From contig NW_013547016.1 of NCBI RefSeq assembly GCF_000711695.1, positions 310,001 through 365,315 on the forward strand: a stretch of DNA of 55,315 bases, given 5' to 3'. This DNA is from Tilletiaria anomala UBC 951 (lineage: Eukaryota). The translations under genes were made by a program, and so were the position numbers. Shown one piece after another: positions 50,529-55,315 of this stretch; the first letter of the stretch is position 1; every line of letters starts with the position of its first letter. The notes beneath the pieces were generated by a model. The model made no database searches. It was not told where the DNA came from and was given only the letters and a program-made list of their open reading frames with translations.

Positions 50529-51577
50529 TCAATCGAAGCCCGAAGAATAACCGCGAAACCGTTGAATTGCACATTGCTGGTAGTGAAACTTGAGCAAGTC
50601 GCGATGGGGATGAGTGCGTGCCTCTCCACGGAATCGATCCGGGGTGAGAATTAACCCATGGTGTTCTCTGGCAGCGGTTTCATTTTTGAAGACGTGCACC
50701 ACCAAGTTTTCGCCGTCAGGGTGGAAAGCCCATTCGCCTCGATCGAAGGAGTGATGCAAATCGCTGCGGAGGAGGAGGCCGTGCTCGGGTTTGAATAGAT
50801 ATCGCACATTGCCGCCGAGGACCTCGGAATAGTACTGTTAACGTTTTAGGGGTAAAATGGAGATGAGCACGCAAGAAGCAAGTATGGATTTCGTCAAGTT
50901 GCGCTCACTTCGGGTCTGCTGAGCGGAAGAATATGGCTGGCGGTACAATTTGAATAATGCAGCCCAGATAAGAGACAGCAGAAATCACGCGCAATAAGGG
51001 AGACTCGGAAGTCATTCTGGAGCCCGCTCGATCGGCTGGAATTGCTCATCGTGCCAGACTCAGAATTCTCTTCCGGAGGGCGATGTTTGTACTTAAAGCG
51101 GGGACCTTTCGCAGGAGTGCAGGGCTGCGTGGTTCCGTCTTGTCGAACGAAGATCGCTGTCCCTTGAGGCATTGGATCCTTTACTGGTAGCTGCTGACCA
51201 GACTCATCGCGAAGAAACCCATCTTCTCGGAAGCAAAAAGCCACCAGAGAGAGCGCAAAGCCAATCGTGTTACATCGTGCCTGCGTAGCGAACTCGATTG
51301 GTATGGAAACAAGCTCTTGACCAGATTGATCAACGATATTGAAGATCGATCCAGCCCAGGACTCGCTCGCCCTGGAATATTCAAGTGGTTGCATCTGGAA
51401 CCACCGAATGCCGTAAGCAGGCTCGAAAGAAATGAGCGTTCCTTGTGAAGCAAGAGCAGGATGGAAGGAGTATATCCCACTTGTTTCGCGCAAGTCGTTA
51501 TAGATGGTCCATCCCACGAATCCACGATTTTTCCCCACATGGGAGCTGAAAGCAGAAGCTTCAATGGTGGTCAGCAC
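50529..51577 (-). CDS. HNH_2-type endonuclease domain protein, copy B. Exons 51577-50909, 50834-50529
   Basis: QNDFRVSLIARDFCCLLSG..CTASHILPLSRPE|YYSEV..HGLLLRSDLHHSFDRGEWAF..HPHRDLLKFHYQQC matches the RD..C..SG..AHI.P..GLLL..DLH..FD signature of fungal HNH_2 proteins. One GTGAGC..CAG intron. Confidence 0.85.
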
Positions 51578-51974
51578 ATGCGCTACTTCCTAACATTCCC
51601 CGATCTCGACTTGAGCGAGTAGGCTCAGATATTAGGTTGACGACACTTGCTGAACGATGGATAAGAAAATGCTCGAAAGAGAGCAGCGAGTGTTGCATTG
51701 CGCAATCTTTTGTAAACCCACGCAAGACCCAACCCGTCCTTCGGGTGCAGGCACTGCGACGGGGCAAACCCGCTGCTCTTGCAATAGTGTGGAAATTGCG
51801 CTAAGCCTTCAAGCTTCGATGTTCTATTACACACCATTTTGTATCAAAAACTCAGGCAAATGGGACTAGCACCATCCAAGTCTGCCCAACGCTTGGCCAC
51901 CTCGAAGCGTTCCAGCATATCGGGTTTACGGTGCTCGTATGACGCTCAAAGCGCCTCCAGTCCATTGACGCAGG

Positions 51975-52580
51975 GCATAACCCTGCATCTATCGACAAGG
52001 CTCTTGATTTTGTTTGTTGCTGTAATGGGCTGGGTCAGTGCCATTGGGGTCAGCTACCACCACTCACGCTCTGCCAGAAATCCAGCAAGTGATTGCAGCA
52101 AAATACTGCGCGGGAGCTGACCGGGCAGGAAACGTGTTGGCACAAATCGGAAAGCGAATTGACCAGTCGCTCGTCCCCGTAACGGATTATGCAATCAATT
52201 TTACCGCCCAGGCCAGATAAAAAAAAGCCAAAGACAGATATGACTACATCCTTCAACACGTTATCAGCTCTGCAACACCGACTAGGAGAATGCCAATAAG
52301 TACATCTGCGTTGGCGGTGCTACCTCGTTCGTGGAAGCTATGGCCCTAGAATACGCGAGATTGTCCAATGTGTCAGAGAGCTCAACCAAGCCCCAGTCAA
52401 TACAATTGGTGTGGGAGCTTTAGGTCCTGCAAACCTTCGATTTGCAACCCTCTACGTCAGCGGATGCATCACCGGTTTGTACAAGATACCTGGATTGCGG
52501 CCGCTGAAATCCTTCAAGCTGCTATCTCCGCAATTCAAACAACCAGTAGCGAATGTCCAGGGGAATCACACCAGCACTAA
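51975..52580 (+). pseudogene. Decayed putative secreted Cys-containing protein
   Basis: A signal-peptide-like stretch LLILFVAVMGWVSA frameshifts into PLGSATTTHALPEIQQVIAAKY.., followed by in-frame stops and a Cys-rich tail. Confidence 0.35.
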
Positions 52581-53796
52581 CTGGTATCATCCGCTGGGAC
52601 TGTCTTCCGGCCTCGAGCTGTAAAGGATGCCTTTCTCCAACAGTTGTGCTACTCATGCGACTCTGATGGTGTCGGACTCAGGTAGGTCTTCCCAATTCAA
52701 CCTTTCGCGACCCCCCTTCGTCCTTTCTTGCTGTCCGGGAATCAAATATTGAAGTGCATTCATCAGAAATGTTTCAAAGTTGTAATGAGTGCGATGAAAT
52801 ATCACGATTATACCCGTTGCACAATCGAAAAGAGTGCACGTTGCGATCGATCTGACCTCGCGCTATACATGAATGCCTCAACAAGAACCAGAGTGTGCAG
52901 GGTTGCACCATGTGTGCGACTTGCAAGGTGGCCTCGGTGGACACTGCGGTTGAGGGCAGGACCACATTCGCAAGTCGCGGTGTACCATGCGAGAGAATTC
53001 GAAACGATATATATGCGATAGACTATGTGGCCATACGGTACATTCCATCATATCAAACGGCTTAATGCGATCTGGATGTAACAGGCTGCTGGAGGGGCGT
53101 TGGAAAGCCAGGGAATACGATATGCTCATATACAATTGCAATACACCAAAGACGCATAGACCATAAACCCTTCTCCCGCAATCGTATGCTCATGCTCATG
53201 GAGACGTTAGCGACCACTCCACCAATTGTCAAGCCCCCACAACGGGAAGTTATTTTGCATATTCATGCTGGCTGGGAGAAGATTATGGAGTGACCAGGCT
53301 ATAGGTCTCATAGTCTTTACTCGCGAATGCGGCTCCTTCTATCTACTTTCCAGTCAAAGTTGGGTTTGAGATAAAGACCGAAAGCTTTATAGGGACTCAA
53401 TGGCGCCTTCTAGTTTGCCTCTTCACACAAGTCCTATTAGGCAAGACCCGGGATGAATTCGAGGAGACGCTGAGGTCGATGGCTGCGCGCTATGAGCTGT
53501 TGTACATGTCCTAATGTGGATCCGTAATTTGGAAGCAACGCAGCTAGAAATTGTTCCTCTTCGATAAGTGGATGACAGAGGCTTGAATGTGACCTTCAGG
53601 AGAAGAGCCTGACCTCTGGACGAAGGCTGCTGTAAGAGCTGCAGCCAAGAACCAAGCCTGATCTGCCAGAGTCTTGCAGCCATTCACATATGACAGACCA
53701 CTTGCCATGGCGGCTCTTGTGCAATGAAATGTTTCTCCAGTCTACATTGACAAAATCAAAGTGCTCGACTCTCTCTTGTAAACATGGAGATCGAAG

Positions 53797-54388
53797 CTAC
53801 AGTAGCCAGGTGAGCAGGCGAATTGCGCATCCTGCTTGAATCTGGGATGCAAAAAAGTTGGACGCGCAACCGACTTGATTGGCTAAAAGTTCGAATAAGC
53901 CACATCCTTTACATCTGCAGTCCTTGCCACTGAGGGAGCGGCCGAAACCCTCTTTGTCAGAGCATTGCACCATTGCAGTTATGCAGTCGAAACCTGGTCC
54001 TGTCATGCAGAGAATGGAACTATTACCACTGGAATATGCGTTGCAATTATGCCGGCTCTGGAGCTTCGCAGTGCTTTAGCCCGGTCGTGCATATTTCAGG
54101 GTCATTTCTCCCGCGAACAAGGTGACACCGCCGACGGAGATGTACTCTGTTGCCTGGTTTCGGCGGTGATATTCATCGTGTAATTCATTTTGAAGACAAC
54201 AACAGATTAATCGTCTTACTGACTTGAGCAAGGACGCTCTCGACAAGCTCAGCTCTAGAATACTTTCCTTTAGTCGCTTGCTGTATCGCTTGGACGCTGA
54301 GATGAGATGCATGGTTCTCAGCTGACACAACCGCGCCTTGAAAGGTGGCCAACGCGGTCACCGCGAGACTACTGACCATCAGCCTCAT
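53797..54388 (-). pseudogene. Putative small secreted Cys-rich protein, disrupted or spliced
   Basis: Clear signal peptide MRLMVSSLAVTALATFQGAVVSA. Downstream ORF fragments in other frames are Cys-rich (CITAMVQC..DCRCKGC..GCA..GCA). Confidence 0.4.
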
Positions 54389-55315
54389 TGTTAGCTATCT
54401 GTGCATGGCTTGTGCATAATTAAGGAAACTGTAGGGACTTCTCCTGCTTTGATATTGACCAAACTTGCAGACGAAGTTTGTCGAAAGCGATGACAGGTGA
54501 GAAAATTGGGTGTAAGCGATGCTAGTTGGAGCGATCGTTTCTGTATTTGTACCGCTGTGGAAAGTGCTCAGCGCCTTTGATTCATAGATCAGGTCGAGCT
54601 GATTCGAAACGTCCATCTGTCAACCGTAAGGCGTAAACCGTAAGTATGCACCCGTGTGCTTGCCCACTCAGCTCCTGCAACATTAACCCAGCGCCAATTC
54701 GGCAATAGACTCATCCGACGCAGGTCAGCGCGCGGTCAAAACATACGGCATATTTAGCCCCGGAATTAGCATGTCCATTTTTTTTAGCGCCGCAATACTT
54801 TGAGTAGTTGATAAACCATTTGGCGAGTGTCGAGTTCGAGCAAGGACAGTGTTCAGTGAACGGTATGTCTCTGTCCCTTTTCGCCTGCAAGGGCGGAATA
54901 CCGCACACAGTCGGACACCTTGATCATGGTCAACTGCTACGCTTGTCCCACCCGAAGATACGTGCACCATGCAGCAGATTCCGTCGGCGCTTGCAATATG
55001 CATTATGGCCTCGTCCTACCTCCCTAGGCTTTTAGGAGCATCGGCTCAGGCAATTGCGCACGCCGCCAATCATTCACGAGATGGCGATCTCCTTGGACAC
55101 GAAGGCACCGCTGTCGTTATTCTCAATGTCGGCCCGTGGCAAATTCCAGTGGAAACTGTTCGGAAGGCTGCGCATTACTGGAAGCAGTTGAATCTTGTCC
55201 GTGTTGCTTGGCGTTCGGGCTTGGAGTGGCGCAGTCAAGAATGTGGGAAGAACAAAATTGTCGCCTGGTGGGCATCCGCGAACTGCGATAAGCTATGTAA
55301 TAAATGCAAAATGGA

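Noticed and set aside
54185..54388. Amidase-like N-terminus in the secreted ORF
   Set aside because: No amidase signature (GGSSGG, KD) is found downstream.
1..55315. CRISPR arrays, rRNA, LTR/LINE reverse transcriptase, prokaryotic operons
   Set aside because: None seen. The sequence is eukaryotic with spliceosomal introns.

Overview
This is eukaryotic, intron-rich fungal genomic DNA. The short GT-AG introns with CTRAC/CTRAY branch sites and the gene content suggest a basidiomycete, probably Ustilaginomycotina (inference). Bases 1-41.7 kb are a gene-dense core block. In order: Yta7/ATAD2 AAA ATPase (5' truncated), UBR7/Mlo2-like protein, CofD/YvcK(UPF0052)-like protein, LigB/DODA-type dioxygenase, Sem1/Dss1, group II PLP decarboxylase, Cdc5 polo kinase, sterol-esterase-type lipase, KRE2/KTR mannosyltransferase, ferric reductase, a divergent HECT ligase, tandem SDR pseudogenes, an ABC1/UbiB kinase, and a BLCAP/BC10 homolog whose conserved N-terminus is hidden in a 12-nt first coding exon. 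From about 42 kb to the end the window is accessory-like. It holds two convergent paralogous HNH_2-type endonuclease genes with different intron sets (one with a GC-AG intron), a possible KDZ/CxC transposase relic between them, and two apparently related decayed secreted-protein genes. Two unusually long introns (CofD-like gene and SEM1) contain extended base-paired structures. All splice models were derived by hand, and all family calls rest on motif recognition rather than database searches.
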